A stretch of DNA of 64,000 bases. Origin: Podospora anserina. Lineage: Eukaryota. The notes under the pieces are model-generated. The model saw only the letters and a program-made list of their open reading frames with translations. It had not been told where the DNA came from and searched no databases. The DNA is taken from NCBI GenBank assembly GCA_017654855.1, contig CM030334.1, positions 1,674,001-1,738,000 of the forward strand, read 5' to 3'. Position numbers and translations under genes: made by a program. This document shows positions 27,366 through 39,471 of the stretch, piece by piece (positions within the stretch are counted from its first letter, which is position 1; each line of letters opens with the position of its first letter).

Positions 27366-27859
27366 TCAGTTGTTGGTGGACCATCTGGGGGTTCAATGTT
27401 AGCAAGAACAGAAAAGACAATGTCGATATCAACTGTTGCGCACTTTTCACCGCACTCGCAGTTGTAGATAATTGTTGAGCCTTCATCGGCAGATCTCTGT
27501 TGGACTTCAGAGTAGCGAATGCCGCGCCTCCCGCACTTGTGGCAGTCCATGTTGGGGTCGACTCTTTCGGTTTGTACTTCGTGTCTCTTAACGGTCTGGA
27601 CTATGGAAAGCTTCTGTCGTAGGGCTGACGGGAAGTCGGAGGGCTTTGTCTTTGTTGTTACGGCCTTCCAGGCATGATCTGCATTGTGGTAGCTTGTCAA
27701 CAACAATTCGAGGGACTGGTTGATTTATGACATGTGAAACTGACCTCTGTGTTCCGCGCCACAGCATTTGCAAATCAGAATGTTCTTTACACTGCCCTGG
27801 GAGGCAGGTAAAAGGTCACCACAGTCGGTGCAGAAGACGAGGGAGCCGATAGCAGACAT
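27366..27859 (-). CDS. RPA12: RNA polymerase I subunit A12.2
   Basis: MSAIGSLVFCTDCGDLL...CKCCG zinc ribbon and TFIIS-like C-terminus CHKCG...QQRSADEGSTIIYNCECG...WSTNN*. Introns 27679-27744 and 27385-27443. Confidence 0.93.
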
Positions 27860-28457
27860 GGTTGCGATGTGTGGTGTTATTTGGTGAGTTATCGGACCTC
27901 AAAAATGGCACTCCAAATTAATTCTTATCCACTGCGAGCGACTCTGCGACAAGCTTTCCCGTCAAGAGAAAAAGTTTTAGCGTCAACCAGAGATGGGGCC
28001 TCGAGACCCCTGCACCCCGCGACTGCACCTCTTTCGGCAGGCAACTCGCTGGGGCACGGACCACATGGTTCCCCAAAAGCTGCAAGGCGGCGCTGAAAGA
28101 TGCTGGAGAAGCGACGGCAGGCGCGAGTGAGGCTGCACTTGGCGGTCCTTCTTTCTGGGATCCAACTCCCAATCGAGAGTGCCAGGCACGACCAGGACAG
28201 GATTATCATTTGCTTTCTGTTTGACGACCATTGTCGCGTTTTGTTGCAGTCCAGCTGTCAGGCGAGGATGAACCTCTTGCTGATTGCTGAAAAGAACCAC
28301 AGCCCTCCGCGTTGAGTCCCTCGACTTTCCACTCCCACGTCTTTGAACCTCCTGGAGACAGCGCCTCGAGAGCTTGCTGCGATCGCCCCGCGAGCCATGT
28401 TCCGACACCTCTTGTCGTGATTCGACTGCAAACAGACCTGCTTTGCTCCCACCAACC

Positions 28458-31400
28458 ATGGCGAACTCATGGTCGGGCGCCCACAATGGCCCTCCAAACA
28501 ATAACAATTGGGATGGAGCTCCCCAGGCCAACCCACCACCACCTCCAGTTTCGCAACCTGCTGGCTTTGCGAGGCCATTCACACTCGCCGAAGTCTTGCC
28601 CTACACACCCTTCGCGGCGATAGCTCCCTTTGACTCGAGTATGCTTTTCTCTCGGCTTTATTCACTTCTATGGGACTGAACTATCATTTTCTGACGATAT
28701 CCTCTCCTGAATAGGTGTGCTTCCTTCGCCATCGATAGGTTCTGCGTCGCCCGCTCCCCCAGTAACCGACCTGATACCAAGTCTCGACTTCGAATCGTTA
28801 AATCAAGAGGCTTCCACGAATACGGCCTCGAGGTTACTACAGCAGACAGTCGGCCAGGTTCAAAGGCTTTTAGAGAGAGGAAATATCCCCGAATAGTATG
28901 TTTGATACCCGGTGGAATGGCAAGATATTGAAGCTAATATTGCCGAAGCAAATTCAAGACTGGACCACGCGCGACGACTTCTCCTTCACCAGCGAAACAC
29001 AGTTCTCTGGCTGCGGGACTGTCACCGTTCTCGAAAATGGTGCACGATTCAACGTCGATACCGTTTCGGTATCCGACCCCAGATACCCCCACACCCGCTG
29101 CGAATAATCATCCGAACGTCATTACCACGCCCATTCCCACGAAACAGAAGATTTCTGCCAAGCCGGTCATTAAGAAAGAACCAGGCCAAGGAAAGAAACT
29201 GAGCAGTATTCCTGCAAACACACCGGGCCCTTCTGCGAGCCCGGCCACATCAGCGAACCAGCAGGCGCATGCTGCGAACAAGGCGCGATTCGAGATTGTC
29301 TTGCCCACCAAGAAGGAGCTTGAACAGCAGGCCGGCCTTGCGAATATCAAGCCGCACCCTTTATCTAATGTGACTCCACGCGCTCCGCCTGCGCCAGTTG
29401 CTCCCCCGACTCCGGCGTATCATCCTCAGTATCAGCCTCAGGTTCAACACTCACCTCAGGTACAACGCCAAGCTCAGGTACAGCATCAACCGCAAGTACA
29501 CCAACAGCATCAGGTCCCGCAACAACATCAGGTTCAACAACAACAACGCAGTCAGCAACACCCACCCCTCAGCTCTGCAGAAGCTACCGCGGCCTCAAGA
29601 ACTGCCACGCCCCCAGAGCGGCCCGGATTGCAAAGCATATCCAGCTCTCAAAAGCCAGTCATTGCTATTGAGCTTCCCAAGACCAAGACTTTTGACAAGA
29701 GTGAGTTTATGGTGGTTGCAGATGAGCCTGAGGAGCCTGCCAACTTGCCATTGAAGAAGCGGAAGCACGGTGACATTGATGGTGACGACATCTATGGAGA
29801 GAGCTTGGATCTTCGCCAGAGAGCTGATGCGGCTCTTCATGACTTGAGAGTGTTTCTTCACAACGCTTTCCAGGCAGAGAACGCTGTGCTTGCCCGAAGG
29901 CAAGGAAACGACATGGTGGTTTTGGTTTCTGAGAACGAAGCTACCCTGACAGCAACCGCACAATCCAAGGCGCAGGCCCTGCTGGGCAAGACGATCACCT
30001 TGAACTGTTTCAAGAATGCGCCTCTCGAGGAGCTACTTCACCTCATTCGGCTTTCCGAAGGTGCTTTAAAGCTGGCCGAAACGCTAGACATCAAGGTTGA
30101 CGAGACCTGGGTAGCTGCCGATGTGGAGCAGTGGCTGAGCCAGCTGCCCTGGTTAGAGATGGCGATTCGGGCTGGCCGCACGTCTCTGAGAATCATGTGT
30201 GGCGGCCGTCAAGAGAAGCAGCTTTACTCCCAAGACACAATAGAACACTGTCTTGACCTGTTCAAGCGTATCATTGACGGCATCGTCATTCCGATTGCCG
30301 AGTTGAGAGCCACCCCAGGGGCTAACGAACTCTTCAAGACGTTGGCTCAGAACAAGAAGAAGATTGTGGCCTTGTTCAACGATTGCCAGAAGCTGTTTTC
30401 TATCATGGCGACTTTGATCTCGTCCATCGACACCTCGGACGCGGTGACAAACACGCTCGAGTTCACTGCCTCGCGGCTCATCTTTATGGAGACGGCACAT
30501 GCAGAAAAGGACTCCGTCATTGACACGCAAAAGTTCGATGGACTTCGTTTGGTCGCTATGGATATGCTTTCGCAGATTTTCCTGCTGAACCCTGAGCAGC
30601 GGAAGGGCATTTTCAATGAGATTTTGAGCTCGTTGGAGAAGCTGCCGCTTGGGAAGAGAGCGAGGACTTTCAAACTTGTGGATGGCACGAGTATCCAGCC
30701 AGTGTCTGCTCTCATCATGCGGTTGGTTCAGACCAGTGCTGGCAAGGTTGGCGATGCGGGTCGAGGAAAGGGGAATACTATGCCTGTCGAGGACGAGGCG
30801 GCCGAAGGCCCTAGGCGGCTGCCGCAGTCGTTTTCCATTCAGGATGAGGAGCACGGTGCCTCGCAGCATCGTATCGCCATTCAAGAGCTTGACGACGTTT
30901 CTGAGGCCTTGATCAAGACAGCCACCAACAGCGCCTCAGACGTTGTCCAGTTTATTGTGAGCCGAGCGCTCAAGTCGACCAAGTCTGGTGATACGCCGTA
31001 TCGCAACCTCCTTGACATGTTTGTGGAGGACTTTGCTCTCTGTCTTGACAATCCCGACTGGCCTGCGGCGGAGCTGTTGCTTCGAATATTTATGCATCTG
31101 ATGTTTCAGCTCATCGAGAATGACAAGCAACCGGTCACTGCGAAGAACATGGCTCTGGAGCTGTTGGGAAGCATGGGTGCCGCTGTTTCCAAGCTTCGCG
31201 GGCATGTGAGGAAAGGTGTCAGCAGTCTCGACACGCAAGACAGCGACGGCCTAGGGTTGTTCATTTCCGACTTGGCTGCTGCGGCGCTGGAGCTCAAGTC
31301 TCGCCCGGAGCAGATGGTGGCATGGACTGGGCCATATCGTGCTACGCTTGAGCACCTCGAGAGCCGCTTCTCAGAGGATCCTCATCTGGCGAGTGCCATC

Positions 31401-34400
31401 TCTTTCTTGGTTTCCGACTGGGCAAGCAAGACATGCAAGACCTACGACGACTATGAAGACGATGTTGCCGAGCGTGATCATGAGCTTGGCCGACTCGCCT
31501 ACAGGCTCCGGGAAATGATACACGATCGTCAGTGGCTGTCGAGGGAGTATTCTTTCAAAGACATTAGCCAGAGCTATGCGAGGCTGTCTTACTCGATCAC
31601 CCTCTTGAGGTCCCCGCTCTGTGAGGCCTTCAATACGATTCTGAACATTCTTCTCAACTCAATGGCTAGTGACCAGCCGACGGTACGAAGCAAGAGCTTG
31701 AAGAGCGTCAACCAGGTCCTGGAAACGGACCCGTCCATTCTGGATGGAGATTCCGTGGTGGTGCAGCTCATTCTGAGATGTTCCAACGACTCGTCGACGC
31801 AGGTGCGTGATTCGGCGCTTGGGTTGATTGGCAAGTGCATCAGCATGCGGCCGGCGTTGGAGGAGCAGATTACCCCCACGGTTGTGGAGCGGTTTAATGA
31901 TGCTGGGCATGGTGTTCGGAAGAGGGCCATGAAGCTTGCCAAGGATATTTACCTTCGCAACAGCAACCGGACGCTGAGGAGCACGATTGCGAATGGGCTG
32001 CTGCATCGGATTCAGGACCCGGAGGAGAGCGTCAGGGAGCTGGCCAAGCAGGTGATTGAGGAGATATGGTTTGCACCTTTTCACAGCGGCCAGACCTCGG
32101 CCGCGTCCAAGATTTCTCTTGCGGATCATGTTTCGCTCATGGTGCAGACGGTGAACCGGGGCAATGTTGTCAGTGTGCTGGATAAGGTGCTTCAAGCACT
32201 GCTGGCGCCGAGCAACAAGACGGCGCAGGCTTCGTTGGAGGTCTGCACGAAACTGGTGGAGAGCATGTTTGACCTGGTTGACAGCTCGGATCCGGAGGAC
32301 ACGACCAAGCCTTCGGGAAGAGATGTCTTGCAGATTCTGATGATTTTTGCAAAGGCGGAAGCTAGTCTCTTTACGTTTGAGCAGTTGCGGCTGTTGAGGC
32401 CTTATATCAGCAGCATCCGCAGCAACGAGGACCCGGCCGTGTCCAAGGCTGTGGTGGTTATCTATCGTCGGGTGCTTCCGCAGCTGTCGAGCGCGCATTC
32501 TCAGTTCCTTACCGAGGTGCGCAGTGAGCTGATGCCTACCATGACGACAGTTTCACGGCCTCTGATGAACGAGGTCATGGCTTGCTTGTGGATCATTAGC
32601 GGGCTGCTCGACACTTCCGAACACATGGCCAGGCTTGCGGCCTCGAGTCTGAGGAATATCCAGGCGCTGCATGCAAAGAGCAAGACGCAGCCTCTGGATA
32701 CCCGCACCATGCGCCAGTTTGAGCGGTACTCGCTCATTGTCGGTATGGCGGGCAAACACTTCAACCTCGACAGCCATTTGGACTTTTTCAACAAGATGTT
32801 GAAGACGAATGGCAGCTCCGTCTCAAAGTTGATGGTTGATCTGGTGGTCCCTTTTGCTGCCCCGTCGTATCATATGGACATGAGGAAGGCAGCGTTGGAC
32901 TCGGTGGGGCTGGTGTGTCAGGCGTGGCCGAGGAACTACGTTTCTGCAAATGTTTACACGACGTTTCAGCACGTGTTTGACGAGCAGGTTCCGGTGCTGG
33001 AGGCGATGGTGCTGAGGTCGTTTAAGGAGTTTTTGCTGACGGAGGAGAAGAGGTCGGAGGAGGCGGCGGAGGCGCCGACGGGGATGAATGGGGGGGCGAA
33101 GCAGGAGAAGAAGAGGGAGTTGACTGTTATTGGTGGCACGAACTACGACGATGTTGCGAGTGCTACGACGCATCGATTCCTCAAGGAGATTATTCGGATT
33201 GCTACCGCCACGCAAGACAACCATGCTTTCCTTGCGGTGGAGGTTCTCGCCAGCATCAACAGGCAGGGTTTGGTACACCCCAAGGAGACGGGCGTCACGT
33301 TCATTACGCTTGAAACGTCGTCCAACCCTAGGATTTCGGAGCTTGCCTTTTTGGAACATAAAGCGCTGCACGCCAAGCATGAGACGGTTGTGGAAAGGGA
33401 GTATGTCAAGGCTGTTCAGTCGGCTTTTGCGTACCAGCGGGACATTGTCAAGGATTCGCGCGGTGCGATTGCCACTGGCAACGGGGTCTTTACTCCCAAG
33501 CTTCATCTCCTGATGGAGGTGCTCAAGATCAGCAAGTCAAAGAATCGGCAAAAGTTTCTGGAGAAGCTGTGCGGGCAGCTCGACTTTGATGTGGGCAAGC
33601 TGGACATGGGGGAGCGGGTGCCGAGCCATGTGGTGTATGCGAGGTTTGTTACGGAGTGTCTGGCGTACTTTGAGTACTTGACCGTGGGCGAGGTGGGGTG
33701 TGTGGTTGGGGCGCTGGAGAGGTTGGTCACCGGGACGGGGGCGGGGGTTGCGCAGGCGATTGAGATGGAGGTTTTGGGGGTTAGGGTGGATGTTCTTGAG
33801 GAGGAGCAGCAGCAACAGCAGGTCTTGGGAGAGAATGGACAGGCTGCTGGTGCTGCTGCTGGGTCGTTGTCGTCGTCGTCGGTGAATCAGTTGCAGGAGG
33901 CCCCTAGGGTGGAGCTTGAGAAGCTGAGGCGTCTTACGGCGGGGGCGGTGGTTTTGTTGGGTGTTTGGGAGGCGAGGACTTACCTCAGGAGGTTGTATGG
34001 GCTTGGGATTGGGGGGAGGAGGGAGAATAAAGTCAAGATGTTGGGGAAGGACTTGAGTAAGGCCCCTGTCAAGGCGCAGGGGGTGACGGGGGAGAAGTTG
34101 TGGGAGGAGATGGGGGTGTTGGGGGAGAGGTTGGGGAGTAGGGAGGGGATGATGGGGGTTTGTAGGGGGTTTGTGGAGTTGATGAATGTTGATAAGGAGT
34201 TTTTGGTTGGGGACGAGGATGAGGAGGGGTTGATGGAAGAGGGGGGGGCAAGTCCGATGAGTGGTGGGGAGGATGATGAGCTGGTGGGAGAGAGGAAGAG
34301 GGGGAGGAAGAGGAAGAGTGATGCGGGTAGTCAGGGGACGCCGGGGAAGAAGAAGAGGGGTAGGAGTGGGAGTATGGGGGGGCAACCTAGGAAGAGGGGA

Positions 34401-34463
34401 CGGCCGAAGAAGGTTGCTAGGGAGGAGGAGGAAGGGGAGGGGGAGGAGGGGGATTGGTTTTAG
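28458..34463 (+). CDS. SCC2: Cohesin loader Scc2/NIPBL (Mis4)
   Basis: 1808-aa HEAT-repeat ORF with YRNLLDMFVEDF...PDWPAAELLL, TVRSKSLK, VRDSALGLIGK, VRKRAMK and RQGLVHPKE. Two upstream exons (introns 28639-28714 and 28896-28948) join in frame. Confidence 0.93.
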
Positions 34464-35331
34464 TTGCCATTTTTTTTTTCCTTCAGAGAAAATCAACATG
34501 AACAGCAGGCGTTTTGCGGGGGGGTTGATTTCTTTGGGACGGGGAAGGGTATTGATATGATTGGCGTTTTGGGATGGGATGGGAAGGGAATGGCGGGGAG
34601 AGGAAATGGGGAAAGGGGGGGATCAAAATGGTTGCGAACATGGCTGAGGTTAACTAGCTGCATAAATTGCTTTACTTTGGGACTTTGGGACTTTGGGTGG
34701 TTTATATTATTTCGTTGCTAATGGATTCTGAGATGGGGGGTCAGACATTAGTTACATATGGGAGAGCAATAAAAATAATTTTGGTGATTAAGCGGCTTGA
34801 GTGAGGTTGCGAATGATTATGTTTGCGGTGCGAGCTGGTCTAAGTCTTGAAAGTCTCGTCACATGTTTATCACAACATGTTTATTTTTATGCTTCAGCAC
34901 CCTTTTCAAGCTTTTTCTGGTATAGTATTAGCACTTTTTCTTTTCATATGATGCACCGAGGGCTTCTTTTTGACGTTCATATCGCTTAAAGGTTACCAAA
35001 CGATCGTGTTTGTGTTGGGTCGGTCATACCTACATAGATAGGCGTTGAGGAAGATTGTATAGGTAGGCTTGTGCACCACTCCAATCAGCAGCGTGCTTTT
35101 TTTGGCTTCTCAATTCCATTTATTTTGATTTATGTCTCCTTGCAGCTTCTGTCCCACTGTCGTTGTTTTCGCCTGAGGGTATTATCCATCTATCAGTCCG
35201 CATTCATCTTCCACTTCTTGCCATCCGGCCGGCCCAACCGTTCCCTGCTTCCAAAGCCTGTCCCGTATGTACAACCCCCAACCAAACTTTGTGGTATTTC
35301 CCTTTGTTTTATTATCCCCCAACCCCTTGTT

Positions 35332-35334
<3 letters not shown>

Positions 35335-35406
<72 letters not shown>
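35335..35406. repeat. (GTT)24 trinucleotide microsatellite just downstream of the COA2-like stop codon
   Basis: Directly visible perfect repeat. Confidence 0.95.
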
Positions 35407-35456
35407 ATTGCCCCCTTCCTGTATGTCCGTCGGCCCATCTCATCTTTGTCAAGCCA

Positions 35457-35849
35457 TCACCTCCCCTCCCTCCTCGGTTCAGCCTTCTCGACTGTCTTCT
35501 CCTCCTCCTTGTGAAACCCCAACCACTCCCCCAATATCCCCCCCGGCTTCGGAACCGGACACTCCCTCTCCGCCTTTCGTTCCCTCTGCCTCTCCATTCT
35601 TAGCTTTTGGAGCTCCTCTGGCGTGGTGGCGATTGCATTGTTGAATCTAGCCACCCCGTCCTCCCCCACGATTTGTTTTTTTCTTCTCTTGGCGGCGTTG
35701 GGATCGAGCTCCCCGTCGGCGAGGGTTCGTCGGGGTGCTGGACAGGGGAGGATGTGGGGGAGGGCGACGACGAGGAAGGAGGCGAGGAGGGTGGTTGCGA
35801 AGAGGGTTGATGTTGAGCGGGAGCGGGGGTGAAGGTGGGGGGGTGGCAT
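35457..35849 (-). CDS. COA2: Cytochrome c oxidase assembly factor COA2-like protein
   Basis: LFATTLLASFLVVALPHILPCPA resembles the hydrophobic segment plus LPCPA motif of yeast Coa2 (recalled). C-terminal RECPVPKPGG. Intronless. Confidence 0.65.
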   Translation of the reverse strand: MPPPHLHPRSRSTSTLFATTLLASFLVVALPHILPCPAPRRTLADGELDPNAAKRRKKQIVGEDGVARFNNAIATTPEELQKLRMERQRERKAERECPVPKPGGILGEWLGFHKEEEKTVEKAEPRREGR

Positions 35850-36550
35850 TATTGTGGTTGTGTTGGTGGTGGAGGGGGGAACTGAGGGGATTGTTAGCTT
35901 TTCTCGAATAAGGGTAGAATGGGGGATAACATACTAACTGAGTGTGTGAGATAGGGGAGAGAAGGGATTATATCATGGCTCCAGCCCTGAAACAAATCTA
36001 ACGAACGATGGGCTGGCTCTTCGGGGAGGTCGGGTCGGGTCGGGGGGGGAGGGGGCAGGAGCTCTACTTCGAGATATCGGTGCTGGATGGATGGAGCTTG
36101 GTGGATTGATGGATTGGTGCCCCACAATGCCATTTTCCTCGTCTTGAGCCCGAGCCCGAGCTGTCAGTCGTCACTGCACCTTTTTTTATTTTTACGCGCT
36201 AAAGCTTACCGGAGCTAGGGACGCACGGGCCAGGGTAGTTAATTGTCGGGTTTCAGCTTGGCTAACCACGACTGGGGACGTCGCCTTTGGCGCAAAACAT
36301 ATTTCTACAAGGGAAAGAAAAATTGGGGGAAAAAGCATTCTTTCATCTGATATTTGCTGCTTCTTTATTCATTATTGCTAGAGGAGTAGCCGACACAAAT
36401 CTGTTCTTGTTCAAGCCCAGCGCGGCGCAAATACAACAAGCTGTCTAGACAAGAACAACCACCAAGTTTATTTTATCGGATAGGACTTATCACCCTGCTG
36501 CTCCCCTACGCCACCACCCACATCGATCGCGACAAACTCTCTTTGCGACA

Positions 36551-36552
<2 letters not shown>

Positions 36553-36605
<53 letters not shown>

Positions 36606-36607
36606 AC
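36553..36607. repeat. (CA)n microsatellite about 60 nt upstream of the PP4 ATG
   Basis: Directly visible repeat. Confidence 0.95.
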
Positions 36608-36665
36608 AATAATCCAACATCTAGATACCCGGCACCCTCCCACAGCACACACACAAACAAGGAAA

Positions 36666-38134
36666 ATGAGTGACCTCGACAGGCAAGAACCCATACACCC
36701 GCGCGCAACCCATCATCCCCTTTCTGACCTACTCCCCCCAAAAACAGAGCCATAGCCCAGCTCCGAGCCTGCCGCCCCATCCCCGAAAACGACGTCCGCG
36801 AGCTCTGCCACAAAGCCCGCGAGCTCCTCATCGAAGAAGGCAACGTCGTGACCGTCAACGCGCCCGTGACAATATGCGGCGACATCCACGGCCAGTTCCA
36901 CGACCTGATGGAGCTCTTCCGCGTCGGCGGCGACGTCCCCGACACGAACTACCTCTTCATGGGCGACTTTGTCGACCGCGGGTTCTACTCGCTCGAGTCC
37001 TTCCTCCTCTTGCTCTGCCTCAAAGTTCGGTACCCAGACCGCATGACGCTCATTCGCGGGAACCACGAGTCTCGCCAGATTACGATGGTGTATGGGTTCT
37101 ATGACGAGTGCTTGAGGAAGTATGGGAGCGCGAATGTTTGGAGGTATTGTTGTGATGTGTTCGATTACTTGGCGCTGGGGGCGGTTGTGTTGGGGGCTAG
37201 TAATACTCTTTCCGAGGGGGGTGGTGGTGGTGGTGGTGGTACGGCGCCGGTGGCGGGGCCGGATGTGGAGATTGAGGTTTGTAATGCGGATCAGCAGATT
37301 ATTTCGAGGTTTTTGAGGAAGGGGTCTTCTTCTGCTTCTTCTTCGAGGGAGGGGAGTCAGGTGGGGGAAAGTCAGGTTGGGGAGGGCGGGAGCAGTCCTG
37401 AGAGGGGGCGGACGGAAGGGAGTCCGAATGGTGCGGGAGGGGGGCAGCCGACGACGAATGGGTTCGGGGATGGCGGTGGGCCACCGGCGCCGACGAATAC
37501 GGGACCGCCGGGGTCGGGGGCGAGCGGGGCGAGTGGGGGAAGTATTGGGAATCCGGCGGGGGCGGTGTTGTGTGTTCATGGCGGGTTGAGTCCGTTGATT
37601 GATAATGTGGACAAGATTCGGCTGCTGGACCGGAAACAGGAAGTTCCTCATGAGGGTGCGATGTGCGACTTGCTCTGGTCGGATCCGGATGAGATTGATG
37701 GGTGGGGGTTGTCGCCGAGGGGGGCTGGGTTCTTGTTTGGGGCCGATATCGTCAAGGTGTTCAACCACAGGAACGACCTGAGCTTGATTGCGAGGGCGCA
37801 TCAGCTGGTTATGGAGGGCTTCAAGGAGATGTTTGATGCGAGTATCGTCACGGTGTGGTCGGCGCCCAATTACTGCTACCGATGCGGGAATGTGGCTGCG
37901 TTGCTGGAGCTGTCGGAGGATGACTCTGGGTTGGGGGTGTTGGCGAGGAGTAATGGGGATGTGAACAGGAGTGACGGGATGGGCGGGCAGGGGTCAAGAG
38001 GTGTTTTGATGGAGAATGACTTGCTGGGCTACAACAGAGCTGGGCCGGCCAGGAGGTATCGGGTTTTCCAGGCGGCGCCGCAGGATTCGAGGGGGATGCC
38101 GGCTAAGAAGCCCGTTGCCGACTACTTTTTGTGA
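36666..38134 (+). CDS. PPH3: Serine/threonine protein phosphatase 4 catalytic subunit
   Basis: GDIHGQ, GDFVDRG, RGNHE and SAPNYC, with PP4-type termini (MSDLDR..., KKPVADYFL). The first intron 36683-36747 is GC-AG. Confidence 0.92.
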
Positions 38135-38357
38135 TGCCGGCGGTCTGACCTCTTTTTTTTTTTTTTTTCTTTTTTTTGCAAATCTGGGTTGGTGTTGAAG
38201 GATAACTGGGCTTTTTTTTTTTGAAGAAGCGGTTTGATTGTTTATTGTATTTTGGGCACATTGATTGTACCTATTACTTATTATGAGTTATACCCCCTAT
38301 GCCCCTGGCAAAGTAAGCGGAAAATATGAATTCATCGCCATGTGTTGTCATTGCTTT

Positions 38358-38875
38358 TTAGTTTGAGGTTGAGCCCTTCAGTCGAGTGATAGTCTTCTCA
38401 ATAGCCTCTTCATCAACGTCACAATTCCTCCCGGGAGCACATCCCAACGTCACACGGACTTGGCTGGTGTTTGCGCCGGTGATGAGGGATATTCTGCTGT
38501 TTATCAGCTTCCAATTCAGTTGGACTGGTTGGTAACCTACAAATCAGCCGCCATGGAACACTCGTTGGGCTCTGCGTCCTTCTGTTGCTCCTCACGTCTA
38601 CAGGGCGTCTGGGATGGTGGCTGTTGCAGGTACTCTCTTATACCAGCCTCGCTGACCCCAACCTTGCCGAGCAACTCTCTCAGCCTCTGGTTTTCTTCCG
38701 CGACTTTTCTCGCGGCGAGCTGAATCTCTAGTGTTGCCTGCACCCCCTTTTCTTCGTGCTCCCTGATGCGGGATTCTAGGGAAGAGATGTACTCTTTTCG
38801 GCGGGCGCGGGAGAGGCGCTGGTTGGTGCGAATGCGGGAGAGGTTGGCTTGTTTTTTGGAGTCTGTGGAGGACAT
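38358..38875 (-). CDS. Small bZIP-domain protein with a Cys-containing C-terminal motif
   Basis: Basic region RIRTNQRLSRARRKEYISSLESRI plus ARKVAEENQRLRELL. A short intron (38494/38497-38540) adds ISLITGANTSQVRVTLGCAPGRNCDVDEE. Confidence 0.8.
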
Positions 38876-39471
38876 TTTCATGAAAGGGAAGAGGGTGGTT
38901 ACATAAGGGGCTGGAAAGGAAAGTGCAGTTTCACAGTTGTATGGCAGGTTGGCTGGGCAGCTGGGATATGAACAGTTTTGTCTGAAACGGAGGAAGTTGA
39001 AAGAATTACGGGCCGGGATGGGTGATGCCAAGAGCGGCGAGAGGACTGGCTTGGCGGGCCGTGTGGTTCGGGCCTCCCGTGTAGGGGAGGGATCCAATGC
39101 TATTATGCAGTACCTCCGGAGCAAGCGATCAATAAAACCAAGCCTCGGGGGGCGTAGCGTCAGTGTATTGTCGAAAGCCTTTGAATGATTAGAAGGTGTA
39201 TATATACCTCTCTCAACATTGGAGGAGACCTTGGGCGTAAAAGGGGCAGCATATGCCAAACAAAGTATGTACACCACAAGAATCATCAAAACATCAGGAA
39301 CAAAAATATGCGTGTATTGAAGAAAAGTAAATAACAAAAAGTTCTATTTTGATCAAAAGCCTAGTACCTAAGCACCCAAGCAAGCAACAGCACCTGCGTC
39401 AGCACAAAACAACAACAACCTCGTCAGCCAGCAACGCAAGCCAAATCGAAAAAGCGGGAAAAGAGAAAAAC

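Noticed and set aside
33537..34499. Pro/Leu-rich antisense ORFs (also 36713-37801, 11220-12017, 43727-44350)
   Set aside because: Complement of G-rich gene 3' ends. Low complexity explains the lack of stops.
35071..35644. ORFs with poly-Val, poly-Cys, poly-Leu or poly-Thr
   Set aside because: Translations of the (GTT)n microsatellite.
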